The notes beneath the pieces are model-generated. The model made no database searches and was not told where the DNA came from. It saw nothing but the letters and a program-made list of their open reading frames with translations. This document shows positions 54,910 to 64,000 of a DNA stretch of 64,000 nucleotides, in pieces. The DNA comes from an uncultured Bacteroidales bacterium (GTDB lineage: Bacteria > Bacteroidota > Bacteroidia > Bacteroidales > CAYTAU01). Location: positions 2,096-66,095 of the forward strand of contig CAYTAU010000008.1 in NCBI GenBank assembly GCA_964435855.1, written 5' to 3'. The first letter of the stretch is position 1, and the number at the start of each line of letters is the position of its first letter. The translations under genes and the position numbers were made by a program.

Positions 54910-57564
54910 TTAAAGTCGTTTCCATTGCTTAATATATGCTTTCTTTAAATACTTATACCATTTATCGCCCTTGGTATAATTTATAACATTATTTTTTGCA
55001 ATTATTTTCGGATTTTGCTTATGGTCTTTAATTGCCAGTTTAGTCCCAAGAAAAATCTGATTATCTTTTGTTATATTAACCTGATAATCTTTCCTTTTCA
55101 ATTCGTCTAATAATTCAAGTGATTTATCAAATTCTGAATTGCCGGAATAATATCCAACAGAATAATTAATAAATCTCAAATCTTTATTTGATTTTATAAA
55201 GTCGAATAAAATAGTATGTTTTAATCTCAAATGAGATACATTATTGCCATTAAAATATTGTTCAGCTTCATTATAATTTGTTATAACTTCCTTGTATCTG
55301 CCAACACTTATTAATTTATTTATTTCAACAATTTTTTTCTGATAAATTATGCCTGCAAGAATTTCATTTTTTTTATTAATTACATTATCTGTTGATATTT
55401 TACATTCTGTGTTATTATCGGATATCTTTAGAGCATCATTCAATTTTTGTTCAGCATCAATATATTTTTGTTTTCCGACAAACTCTATTGCTTTATTATA
55501 ATTTCTATTATAACCAGTTTGCGCATTTTTACATTCCTGAGAAAATATTTTATCTCTTAACTCATTTATAGCGTTACTAATATCTTTATGATTGTTTAAA
55601 CTGTATTGTGTCTGGAGTTCTTGTGAATTGAAAAAATATTTTTTTGCATTTTCAACATTATTTTTTTCAACTTCAATATTTCCTTTTTTTGTTTTTGAAA
55701 ATATTAATGCTTTGGCACTATTTTCTATATATGAGCTTAAATTTGCATCTCTATTAAAACTATAATTGTTTTCAAGTTGTTTTGCCGTATTGTAATTTTT
55801 CAATGCTTCTTCATGCTTTTTTGAATTTGAAAGCTTTTTCCCATTTTTAATAGTATTGGTATAGAAAACAAGTTTTATATCATTTGATAATTTAATTGCC
55901 AAAGTATCTGTTTCCAGATTATTTTTTTGCCGGTAAATTTTAGCATTTTCCAGTAAGCTCTCAGCTTTTTTATGATTATTATCGTTGTCAAGAGTCTGTC
56001 TTGCCAATTTTATTTTACTTAAATAAATACCATATTTTGCTGCATAAATACCTTTATTTAATTTGTCGGAACATTCAATATGTGAATTATAGACGCATAT
56101 ATTTTCGGCATTTTGAAACTGAATTAGTGCTTTTTCATATTTACCCGTAGTGTTTAATAATTCACCATCATTAAGATACGCATTATAAAGTGTTAATCTA
56201 ATATCGTTTAATAAACTAACATTTAAAAATGTATTATGATTTTGAATAAAAATTTTGGCAGTGCTAATAATCGATTCGGCATTTTTAAATGCTTTTGCTT
56301 TAATTAAAATTTCTGCTTTTGTAATATATTTGTTTAGTTTGCCGGTGTACGACTTTGAAAATTCATTTTTTAGATCTTCATTACAATATACTCCTGATAT
56401 GCTTATGCAAATATTTTCAGCATTTTTCAACAGATCAATTGCATTATTATATCTTTCATTATTATTTTGCTTTGCAGCTTCATTTATCTGATCAGTATAA
56501 ATATTTTTAGCAAGCTCAATAGTTAAATTTTGTGTGTTTGGATCAGCTTGCATTTTAAATAAAATATCTTTAATTCGCTGAACAGCTTGCGAAATATCTT
56601 TTTTATGAAAATCAATTTTTGCAAGTTGATAATGAGCCGGAGCAAACATCAAGTTTGAATTTATCGACTTATTAAAATATAATGAAGCTAATTCTATGTT
56701 GTTTTCTGATAAAAATTCCAGTCCTTTTGTATAATATATTTGATGTAAATTTTGAAGAATATTATTTATTTTAACACTGATTTTTGAATTTAATTGATGC
56801 AAATCGCTGTATTTTTGTTCAAAATCAATAGGGTCGAATAAATTAAGTTCAAGTTTATTAATAATATCTTTATCGTTAATGTTTTTAATAATATGTGTAT
56901 TACGGTCAGCTAAGTTTTTATATTCAAATATTCTGTCTAAATCATTTAAGTTTACTTTTTGCAAATCTATAAATGCGATTTTCATTTGAGTATCAAAATT
57001 GTAGTAATCATCAATTAATACACATTTTGAATTAAATGTATTTACACTTTCATGTGTGTATTTTAATTTTTTGTATGTACAATTTAATTTATAGTTTGAA
57101 AGATTAAAAGTATCAACAACATTCATAGATATTATATTAATTGGGTTTCCTTCAAGTTTAATATCATTAAATTGATATGTTCCCAAAACAGAATTGTTAG
57201 CAAGCCAGTTAATTTTAATATCAATTGTAGCAGGAAATAAAACTTCATTCATAGGAAATCCTTTATAGTAAATATTGCCGGAAAATTGTATGTCGGTAAA
57301 ATTAACTTCAAAAAATAATTTGGTTAATCTTCTTTCAATTTTCAACTTTTGATTATAACTGATAATAAATTGCGTGTTGCTAACATGTTTTGGAATACTC
57401 GCAGCTATTACCTTAAGAATATGGTTTTTGTTTCTTGACTCAATTCCTGAACTATATTTTGCAACAAATGTTTCGCTATTTGTTACATTATAAATCACTT
57501 GTTGTTGAGATAAGATCAATGTAGATATTAATAGAATGTTGAAAAGCAGTAATATGTGTTTCAT
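54910..57564 (-). CDS. large secreted helical-repeat (TPR-like) protein, hypothetical
   Basis: Start moved to MKHILLLFNILLISTLILSQQ (signal peptide). Repeated Y-N-x-A helical motifs and NAENIC-x7-8-C modules. Confidence 0.7.
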   Translation of the reverse strand: MKHILLLFNILLISTLILSQQQVIYNVTNSETFVAKYSSGIESRNKNHILKVIAASIPKHVSNTQFIISYNQKLKIERRLTKLFFEVNFTDIQFSGNIYYKGFPMNEVLFPATIDIKINWLANNSVLGTYQFNDIKLEGNPINIISMNVVDTFNLSNYKLNCTYKKLKYTHESVNTFNSKCVLIDDYYNFDTQMKIAFIDLQKVNLNDLDRIFEYKNLADRNTHIIKNINDKDIINKLELNLFDPIDFEQKYSDLHQLNSKISVKINNILQNLHQIYYTKGLEFLSENNIELASLYFNKSINSNLMFAPAHYQLAKIDFHKKDISQAVQRIKDILFKMQADPNTQNLTIELAKNIYTDQINEAAKQNNNERYNNAIDLLKNAENICISISGVYCNEDLKNEFSKSYTGKLNKYITKAEILIKAKAFKNAESIISTAKIFIQNHNTFLNVSLLNDIRLTLYNAYLNDGELLNTTGKYEKALIQFQNAENICVYNSHIECSDKLNKGIYAAKYGIYLSKIKLARQTLDNDNNHKKAESLLENAKIYRQKNNLETDTLAIKLSNDIKLVFYTNTIKNGKKLSNSKKHEEALKNYNTAKQLENNYSFNRDANLSSYIENSAKALIFSKTKKGNIEVEKNNVENAKKYFFNSQELQTQYSLNNHKDISNAINELRDKIFSQECKNAQTGYNRNYNKAIEFVGKQKYIDAEQKLNDALKISDNNTECKISTDNVINKKNEILAGIIYQKKIVEINKLISVGRYKEVITNYNEAEQYFNGNNVSHLRLKHTILFDFIKSNKDLRFINYSVGYYSGNSEFDKSLELLDELKRKDYQVNITKDNQIFLGTKLAIKDHKQNPKIIAKNNVINYTKGDKWYKYLKKAYIKQWKRL

Positions 57565-57724
57565 GGCTTCTTGTTTTATAAGAATTTTAAAAATACAAAT
57601 TTTGTTAATCTTCAATACAAAATTTATGAAAAATAAATAAATTTTTTAAAACACAATAAATTTTATGCTATACTGTAAAATTCATGTGTATATTTGTACC
57701 TAAAATTAAAATATTTGATGCGAT

Positions 57725-58927
57725 ATGAAAGCTATTGCAGGTAATACCGGTCCAAAAGTTAGATCTGATTGTGAAATAAGCATAGAACTGAAAAAATCAG
57801 GTTCTAATGAAATTATACTCAACAGTAAAGTAAAGCCTTTATATGGCGATTCAATAATTTCCTTATGCAAGGAAATATTAGCTTATTTTGAAATAAGTAA
57901 TGCGAAACTTATCATTGATGATAGTGGTGCATTACCGTTTGTTATTGCTGCAAGATTAGAGGCAGCAATAAAAAAGCTTGTTAAAACGGAAGAAGAATAT
58001 TTGCCCGAAATTATTAAAGAAAATAAATATTCAACAAAACCCGATGAGTTTAGATTTTCCAGACTTTATTTGCCTGGCAATTTTCCAAAAATGATGCTTA
58101 ATGCAGGAATTCACAAACCTAATGGAATTATTTTAGACCTTGAAGATTCTGTTGCACCTGCAAAAAAAGATGAAGCATCTTATTTGGTTCGTAATGCTTT
58201 AAGACAAGTTGACTTTTATGGAGCAGAACGCATGGTAAGAATAAATCAAGGTGACCATGGAATAGAAGATTTAAAATTTATAGTACCTCATTATGTTAAT
58301 TTAATTCTAATTCCAAAATGTGAAACTGCTGACTATATCAAACAAATTGACAAAGAAATTGATAAGATACGAAAAGATAAAAATATTGATTATCCAATAT
58401 ATTACATGCCAATAATTGAAAGTGCATTGGGAGTAGAAAATGCGTTTGAGATTGCTACAGCTTCCAAAAATGTGGTTTCGCTTGCTATTGGACTAGAAGA
58501 TTATACCGCCGATTTAGGAACAAAAAGAACAAAAGAAGGAACTGAATCTTTATATGCAAGAACACGTTTGGTTAACGCATGTAAAGCTGCCGGTATTCAG
58601 GCTATTGATTCTGTATTTTCTGATGTTGCCGATATGGAAGGATTAAAAGAAAATGTTTGTATTTCTAAGTCTTTAGGATTTGATGGAATGGGATGTATTC
58701 ATCCAAGGCAAATTGAAGTAATTAAAGATGGATTTGCTCCTAAAGAGGATGAAATTGAAAAAGCAAAGAAGATAGTTGCGGCATTTATTGAAGCAGAAAA
58801 GAAAGGTTTGGGAGTTGTATCTTTGGGTACAAAAATGATTGATCCTCCTGTGGTAAAAAGAGCTCAAAAAACTATTGACCTTGCTGTTCAGCTTGGTAAA
58901 TTAGATATGGATTGGTTAAAGAGTTAA
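57725..58927 (+). CDS. citDE: citrate lyase acyl carrier protein (gamma) fused to citrate lyase beta subunit (citryl-CoA lyase)
   Basis: N-terminus MKAIAGNTGPKVRSD places Ser14 as in CitD. Residues ~105-400 are HpcH/CitE-like (LDLEDSVAP..KD, IESALGVENA, EDYTADLG). Confidence 0.8.
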   Translation: MKAIAGNTGPKVRSDCEISIELKKSGSNEIILNSKVKPLYGDSIISLCKEILAYFEISNAKLIIDDSGALPFVIAARLEAAIKKLVKTEEEYLPEIIKENKYSTKPDEFRFSRLYLPGNFPKMMLNAGIHKPNGIILDLEDSVAPAKKDEASYLVRNALRQVDFYGAERMVRINQGDHGIEDLKFIVPHYVNLILIPKCETADYIKQIDKEIDKIRKDKNIDYPIYYMPIIESALGVENAFEIATASKNVVSLAIGLEDYTADLGTKRTKEGTESLYARTRLVNACKAAGIQAIDSVFSDVADMEGLKENVCISKSLGFDGMGCIHPRQIEVIKDGFAPKEDEIEKAKKIVAAFIEAEKKGLGVVSLGTKMIDPPVVKRAQKTIDLAVQLGKLDMDWLKS

Positions 58928-58943
58928 TAAATAAATTATTGTA

Positions 58944-60494
58944 ATGAAATTCGTAAAAAATGCAGCAGGAAGGTTAATCCCCGAAGAAATTAACGGAAAA
59001 CCAGTTATTCCTTTTAAAGGTGTTGGCAAACATAGACCGGAAGGAAGAAAATACGCACCGCAAATTTCTACATGTGCCGATTATCCCGATGATGGAAATA
59101 AATTACAGCCATCTTTAAAAGAAGCTTTAATAAAATCAGGTTTAAAAGATGGTATGACAATTTCTACTCATCATCATTTTAGGAATGGAGATGTAATAGC
59201 AAATCAGATATTTGATATTGCAAAAGAACTTGGTGTTAAAGACCTTGTTTGGTTTCCTTCTGCTTCATTTCCTTGCCACCAGCATTTAATACAATATCTC
59301 GAAGATGGCACAATTCATCATATTGAAGGTAGCATGAACGGACCTCTTGGCAGATTTGCTACAAAGGGAAAAATGAAAGGTGTTGGTGTTTTACGTTCAC
59401 ATGGCGGAAGATATCAGGCAGTGCAAGATGGCGATGTACATATTGATATTGCTGTAATTGCTGCACCAACTGCCGATACTTTTGGCAATGCAACCGGCGA
59501 CAGAGGACCTGCTGCTTGTGGTTTGCTTGGTTTTGCTCTTGCAGATAGTCAGTATGCCGATAAGGTAATAGTTGCGACCGATAATATTGTGCCTTTTCCT
59601 TGTATCCCGTGGCAAATACACGGTAATTATGTCGATTATACAGTAAAAGTAGATATTATTGGATTGCCGGAAAAAATAGTTTCCGGAACTACTAATATAA
59701 CAAAAAGTCCCGACAGATTGTTGATTGCTGAAATGACAGCTAAATTCTGCGATGAAGCAGGGATTGTTCAGGACGGATTTTCATATCAGGCAGGAGCCGG
59801 AGGAACTGCTTTATCAATTGGAATTTATTTTGCAGAAATGCTTAAAGAAAGAAATATAAAAGCCCGATTTATTAGAGCAGGAAGTAATAAATATCCTGTT
59901 CAGATGTTGGAAGACGGTTTGGTTGATTATATACTTGACGGACAAACTTTCGATTTGGAAGGCGTACGTTCTATGCGGGAAAATCCTGGGCATATTAATA
60001 CAAGTCCGTTTACAAGTTACAATTATCATAGTAAAGGGAATTTCGCTTCTATGGTTGATGTAGCAATACTTGGAGCAACAGAAGTTGATGTGAATTTTGA
60101 TGCAAATGTTGTTACACATTCCGATGGATATTTGTTACATGGAATTGGCGGATGGCAAAACTGTCTGGCATCAAAGTGTACTATTTTACCTATCCCTTTG
60201 TTTAGAGATAGAATTCCTGTTATTGTTGATGAAGTTACTACTTTGTGCGGACCGGGAGAATTAATTGATGTTATTGTAACAGAGAGAGGAATAGCAATTA
60301 ATCCGCTAAGGAAAGATTTAATAGAAAAAATGAAAGGCTCTGATTTACCTGTTAAAACAATAGAGCAGTTGAAAGAAGAAGCCGAAAAGATTTGTGGGAA
60401 ACCTTCTAAACCTAAATTTGGCGAGAAAGTTATTGCAGCTATTAAGTGGGTTGACGGAACAGTGATTGATGTAGTTAAAGAAGTTATTGATTAG
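58944..60494 (+). CDS. citF: citrate lyase alpha subunit (citrate CoA-transferase)
   Basis: 516 aa. Length, position after citE and overall sequence character are typical of CitF. Confidence 0.85.
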   Translation: MKFVKNAAGRLIPEEINGKPVIPFKGVGKHRPEGRKYAPQISTCADYPDDGNKLQPSLKEALIKSGLKDGMTISTHHHFRNGDVIANQIFDIAKELGVKDLVWFPSASFPCHQHLIQYLEDGTIHHIEGSMNGPLGRFATKGKMKGVGVLRSHGGRYQAVQDGDVHIDIAVIAAPTADTFGNATGDRGPAACGLLGFALADSQYADKVIVATDNIVPFPCIPWQIHGNYVDYTVKVDIIGLPEKIVSGTTNITKSPDRLLIAEMTAKFCDEAGIVQDGFSYQAGAGGTALSIGIYFAEMLKERNIKARFIRAGSNKYPVQMLEDGLVDYILDGQTFDLEGVRSMRENPGHINTSPFTSYNYHSKGNFASMVDVAILGATEVDVNFDANVVTHSDGYLLHGIGGWQNCLASKCTILPIPLFRDRIPVIVDEVTTLCGPGELIDVIVTERGIAINPLRKDLIEKMKGSDLPVKTIEQLKEEAEKICGKPSKPKFGEKVIAAIKWVDGTVIDVVKEVID

Positions 60495-60560
60495 TGTAAA
60501 GTCAGGTTAAAGTAAATAAGTTCAAAATTAGAATTAAAAATAACACAATTATATATTTGA

Positions 60561-61232
60561 ATGGTATCGGTTGAATTTGAGGAACTGGGAACGATTGATT
60601 ATAAAAAAGCCTGGGATTATCAGGAAGAACTTTTTCAAAAATCATTAGAGCTTAAGGCAAACAATAAAAAAGCACATAATTATTTGCTTTTTTGTGAGCA
60701 TCCGCATGTTTATACTTTGGGAAAGAGTGGAGATAAAAGGAATTTATTATTAAACGAAAATTTATTAAAACATAAAAAAGCTACATTTTACAAGATAAAC
60801 AGGGGAGGAGACATAACATATCATGGTCCCGGACAAATTGTTGGTTACCCAATAATAGACCTCGAACAATTTAATATAAATATAAAAGATTATATTTGTA
60901 AAATAGAAGAAGCAATAATTTCTACCTTGAGCGAGTTTAATATTATTGCCGAAAGGCTTGAAGGAGCGACCGGTATCTGGCTTGATACGAATAATACAAA
61001 AACAAGAAAAATATGTGCAATAGGAGTGAGAGCAAGCAGATATATAACTATGCATGGCTTTGCTTTTAATGTGAACACTAATCTTGAGTATTTTACTTAC
61101 ATAAATCCATGTGGGTATATCAACAAAGGTGTAACGTCTATGAAAAAAGAATTAGGCAAAGAGCAGAATATGGAAGAGATTAAAAAAGTATTATTAAAAA
61201 AAATAATTGAAGAATTTAACATGAAGATATAA
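60561..61232 (+). CDS. lipB: lipoyl(octanoyl) transferase
   Basis: NRGGDITYHGPGQIVGYPI and RKICAIGV. Confidence 0.9.
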   Translation: MVSVEFEELGTIDYKKAWDYQEELFQKSLELKANNKKAHNYLLFCEHPHVYTLGKSGDKRNLLLNENLLKHKKATFYKINRGGDITYHGPGQIVGYPIIDLEQFNINIKDYICKIEEAIISTLSEFNIIAERLEGATGIWLDTNNTKTRKICAIGVRASRYITMHGFAFNVNTNLEYFTYINPCGYINKGVTSMKKELGKEQNMEEIKKVLLKKIIEEFNMKI

Positions 61233-61309
61233 AAAAACAACAAATAACGAACAACGAATAACGAATAACGACAAACGGTTCCTTTGTAAACTTTAAAACT
61301 AAATATATA

Positions 61310-63034
61310 ATGAACAAAAAATGGATACTAAAACAAAACGATGACACAGAAGCAGTAAACAGTCTTAGCGAAACTTTAAATGTTGACCCAATTGTTTCGG
61401 AGTTGTTAATTCAGCGTGGTATTACAAATTACGATGAGGCAAAAGCATTTTTCAGACCTCAGTTAGAACAAATGTACGACCCATTTCTAATGAAAGATAT
61501 GGACAAAGCTGTAGAACGTCTGCAAAAAGCAATAGAGAATAGCGAGAAAATGCTAATCTATGGTGATTATGATGTAGATGGCACAACATCTGTTGCAATG
61601 ACATATTCATATTTGAAACAATTTAATAGCAATATTGATTATTATATCCCCGACAGATATACCGAAGGTTATGGAATATCAACAAAAGGTGTTGATTATG
61701 CTATTGAAAATGATTGTACACTTGTTATTGCTCTCGATTGTGGAATTAAGGCAAACGATAAAATAGATTATGCAAATGAAAAAGGAATTGACTTTATTAT
61801 TTGTGATCATCACCTGCCTGGCGATGAAATACCAAATGCTGTAGCAATATTAGACCCAAAACAAGAAGGTTGTAATTATCCTTTTAAAGAATTGTCGGGT
61901 TGCGGAGTAGGATTTAAACTTTTACACGCTTTTATGATAAAATTAGACCTTAAATTTGAGGGATTATTGCGATATATAGACCTTGTTGCAACTAGTATAG
62001 CTTGCGATATTGTGCCTATTACAGACGAAAACAGAATTTTTGCATATTATGGGCTAAAACTCATAAATGCAAATCCAAGTATAGCATTTCAGGCATTAAT
62101 AGATGTTTCGGATATGAGCGGAAGGCAAGTTGATATTAATGATATGGTATTTAGAATAGGGCCAAGAATTAATGCTGCAGGAAGAATTGAGTCGGGAAAC
62201 AGAGCTGTAGAACTTTTAATTACTACCGATAAAGAACTTGCTACAGAATTAGCATCAGCAATTAATAAGCTTAACAACGAACGTAAAGAATTTGATAAAA
62301 GTATCACGGAAAATGCTTTGCAAATGATTGAGGATAACGACGAACTTATTAATAAAAAATCTACTGTATTATTTAATCCCGAGTGGCACAAAGGTGTGAT
62401 AGGCATTGTGGCTTCGCGACTTATGGAGCATTATTACAGACCAACTATATTGCTTACCGAAAATGACGGACTGGTTTCAGGTTCGGCTCGTTCTGTTAAT
62501 GGATTTGATTTGTATGCAGCTATTGAAAAATGTGGTGATTTGCTTGAAGGTTATGGAGGACACATGTATGCTGCAGGCTTAACTTTAAAACCTGAAAACG
62601 TACCATTGTTACAAGAAAGATTCGAAAAAATTGTTACAGAAACTATTACAGAAGAACAATTAACTCCATATCTTGAGGTTGATAAAGAAATAAGACTTGA
62701 AGATATTTCACCAAAACTTTTTCGTATTTTAAATCAGTTTCAACCTTTTGGACCAGGCAATATGCGACCACTATTTATAAGCAATAATGTTCAGGACATT
62801 GGCTGGAGTAAAGTTGTGGGCAAAAATGAAGAGCATTTAAGAATTGATATCAGAGAAAATAACAACGAGAACAGATATAATGGTATTGCATTTAGGCAGG
62901 CAGATAAATTGGATATTGTTAAATCTAATACAAATTTTGATGTGTGTTATGTTATTGACGAAAATCATCATAGAGGCAGAGTTAGTTTGCAATTAAGAGT
63001 AAAAGATATTAGGGAGGCAAGCAGTCAGGAATAA
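61310..63034 (+). CDS. recJ: single-stranded-DNA-specific exonuclease RecJ
   Basis: DHH-family motifs IYGDYDVDGTTS, ALDCG, ICDHH. DHHA1 GGHMYAAG. Confidence 0.93.
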   Translation: MNKKWILKQNDDTEAVNSLSETLNVDPIVSELLIQRGITNYDEAKAFFRPQLEQMYDPFLMKDMDKAVERLQKAIENSEKMLIYGDYDVDGTTSVAMTYSYLKQFNSNIDYYIPDRYTEGYGISTKGVDYAIENDCTLVIALDCGIKANDKIDYANEKGIDFIICDHHLPGDEIPNAVAILDPKQEGCNYPFKELSGCGVGFKLLHAFMIKLDLKFEGLLRYIDLVATSIACDIVPITDENRIFAYYGLKLINANPSIAFQALIDVSDMSGRQVDINDMVFRIGPRINAAGRIESGNRAVELLITTDKELATELASAINKLNNERKEFDKSITENALQMIEDNDELINKKSTVLFNPEWHKGVIGIVASRLMEHYYRPTILLTENDGLVSGSARSVNGFDLYAAIEKCGDLLEGYGGHMYAAGLTLKPENVPLLQERFEKIVTETITEEQLTPYLEVDKEIRLEDISPKLFRILNQFQPFGPGNMRPLFISNNVQDIGWSKVVGKNEEHLRIDIRENNNENRYNGIAFRQADKLDIVKSNTNFDVCYVIDENHHRGRVSLQLRVKDIREASSQE

Positions 63035-63088
63035 TCTTTAATATCTGCATTTATTTTTGGATATTTCTTCTATGAATCTAACTTAGAA

Positions 63089-63811
63089 CTAAAATAGCTC
63101 CCCAATTTCTACAATAAAATTGGGGTTCTTTTCTGCAGCGGTACCTATTACAATAATATCGGCACCTGCGTTTATAGTTTCGGCTGCCTGATGTGCTGAA
63201 TTTATGCCACCGCCAACAATTAGCGGGATATTAATATTTGCTTTAATTTGTTCTATCATAGTAGAATTAACAGCCTGCTCTGCACCACTGCCGGCTTCCA
63301 GATATATTGCTTTATTGCCAAGCATTTCGCCGGCAATAGCTGTTGCAATAGCTATATCAGGTTTGTTGGCAGGTATTGGTTTTGTATTACTCATATATTC
63401 AATAGAAGTAATTTTTGAATTCTCAATTAAAATATATCCAGTAGAAATAATTTCAAGATTGCTTTTTTTAAGCATTGGAGCAGCTATAACATGATTACCA
63501 ATTAAATATTCGGGGTTTCGCCCCGATATTAATGATAACAAAAGTATGCCGTCTGCTTTATCGGAAATTTGCAGCAAACTGCCGGGAAACAATATAACGG
63601 GGATATTGCTTTGTTTTTTTATCTCATCAATTACAAAATCAACAGGATTGAAAATAATGCTGCCGCCAACCAAAAAGAACGAAACATTTGCATTATTGGC
63701 AATTTCTATCAACTCTTTTAATGTTTTACTTGTATGTTTATCCGGATCAATTAATAATGCAAGTTGTGCTTTGCCTTCCGCAGTTTTAGTTATTATGTTT
63801 TTGTATAACAT
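63089..63811 (-). CDS. geranylgeranylglyceryl / heptaprenylglyceryl phosphate synthase family protein (PcrB/GGGPS-like)
   Basis: LLIDPDK, FLVGGS, LFPG, SGRNPEYLIG, YLEAGSGA, IVGGGI, IVIGTA. Confidence 0.8.
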   Translation of the reverse strand: MLYKNIITKTAEGKAQLALLIDPDKHTSKTLKELIEIANNANVSFFLVGGSIIFNPVDFVIDEIKKQSNIPVILFPGSLLQISDKADGILLLSLISGRNPEYLIGNHVIAAPMLKKSNLEIISTGYILIENSKITSIEYMSNTKPIPANKPDIAIATAIAGEMLGNKAIYLEAGSGAEQAVNSTMIEQIKANINIPLIVGGGINSAHQAAETINAGADIIVIGTAAEKNPNFIVEIGELF

Positions 63812-63913
63812 TGTTTAGTTTATTTGTAATTATTTGCCTATTGTTAATTGTTTACTGTCAATTTTCAAATTAATATTTTCCATTTTATTTCGAATATTCT
63901 AGATAATATTTTG

Positions 63914-63950
63914 CCTCTAGTTCCTCCCCTTTGGGGAGGTTAGGAGGGGC
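63914..63950 (+). repeat. GC-rich hairpin repeat (REP-like), copy 3
   Basis: cctctagttcctcccc-tttg-gggagg ttaggaggggc. The 5' part cctctagtYcctYcc is shared with 34936-34975. Confidence 0.7.
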
Positions 63951-64000
63951 TATTTATTTCAAACACCAAACAAGTGTAAAATCATTAAATACTTTATAAT

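Noticed and set aside
57565-57615. Upstream start (MKINKICIFKILIKQEA) for the large TPR-like protein
   Set aside because: The second Met begins a canonical signal peptide (MKHILLLFNILLISTLILSQQ). The extension would bury it.

Overview
This is an AT-rich chromosomal segment (hand counts of sample lines give about 27-33% GC, higher in a few genes). It most likely comes from a Bacteroidota genome. Supporting evidence: two proteins end in type IX secretion (T9SS) C-terminal sorting domains, a TAnnTTTG-type -7 box is present, and the window carries a TPR hybrid histidine kinase, a CarboxypepD_reg-type TonB-dependent receptor, PPDK and a PcrB/GGGPS-like gene. I found no rRNA, tRNA, CRISPR array, transposase or integrase. 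Housekeeping and ordinary genes: alpha-2-macroglobulin, YbjQ, NlpC/P60, ppdK, CCA-type nucleotidyltransferase, two thioredoxins, NUDIX, pyrE, an M4 protease, a TonB-dependent receptor, citrate lyase (a citD-citE fusion plus citF), lipB and recJ. The stand-out region is 10.5-29.7 kb. It holds a tightly packed nine-gene plus-strand operon (13493-29685) and a divergent GT2 + GT-C pair. The operon couples phosphonate biosynthesis (cytidylyltransferase-PepM fusion, phosphonopyruvate decarboxylase, Fe-alcohol dehydrogenase) to enzymes that look like teichoic-acid assembly and tailoring modules: a TagF-like transferase, two tandem giant paralogs that fuse a YidC/Oxa1-like insertase module to an LtaS/EptA-like sulfatase-fold domain, a GH16-like lipoprotein, an MBOAT and an AlgJ/DltD-like partner. 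Three of these proteins also share a previously unannotated repeat module of about 37 aa. My leading hypothesis (an inference) is that this encodes a phosphonate-decorated, O-acylated anionic surface glycopolymer system in a diderm. Other signals seen directly in the sequence: (1) a five-copy GCAACC-N17-GTCTWW motif, one copy just upstream of the only ECF sigma gene (candidate ECF regulon); (2) a perfect-phase 21-bp x10 tandem array flanked by nested dispersed repeats; (3) several families of short GC-rich intergenic hairpin repeats; (4) a 159-bp multi-hairpin element bounded by inverted repeats; (5) a relic T9SS sorting-domain fragment.
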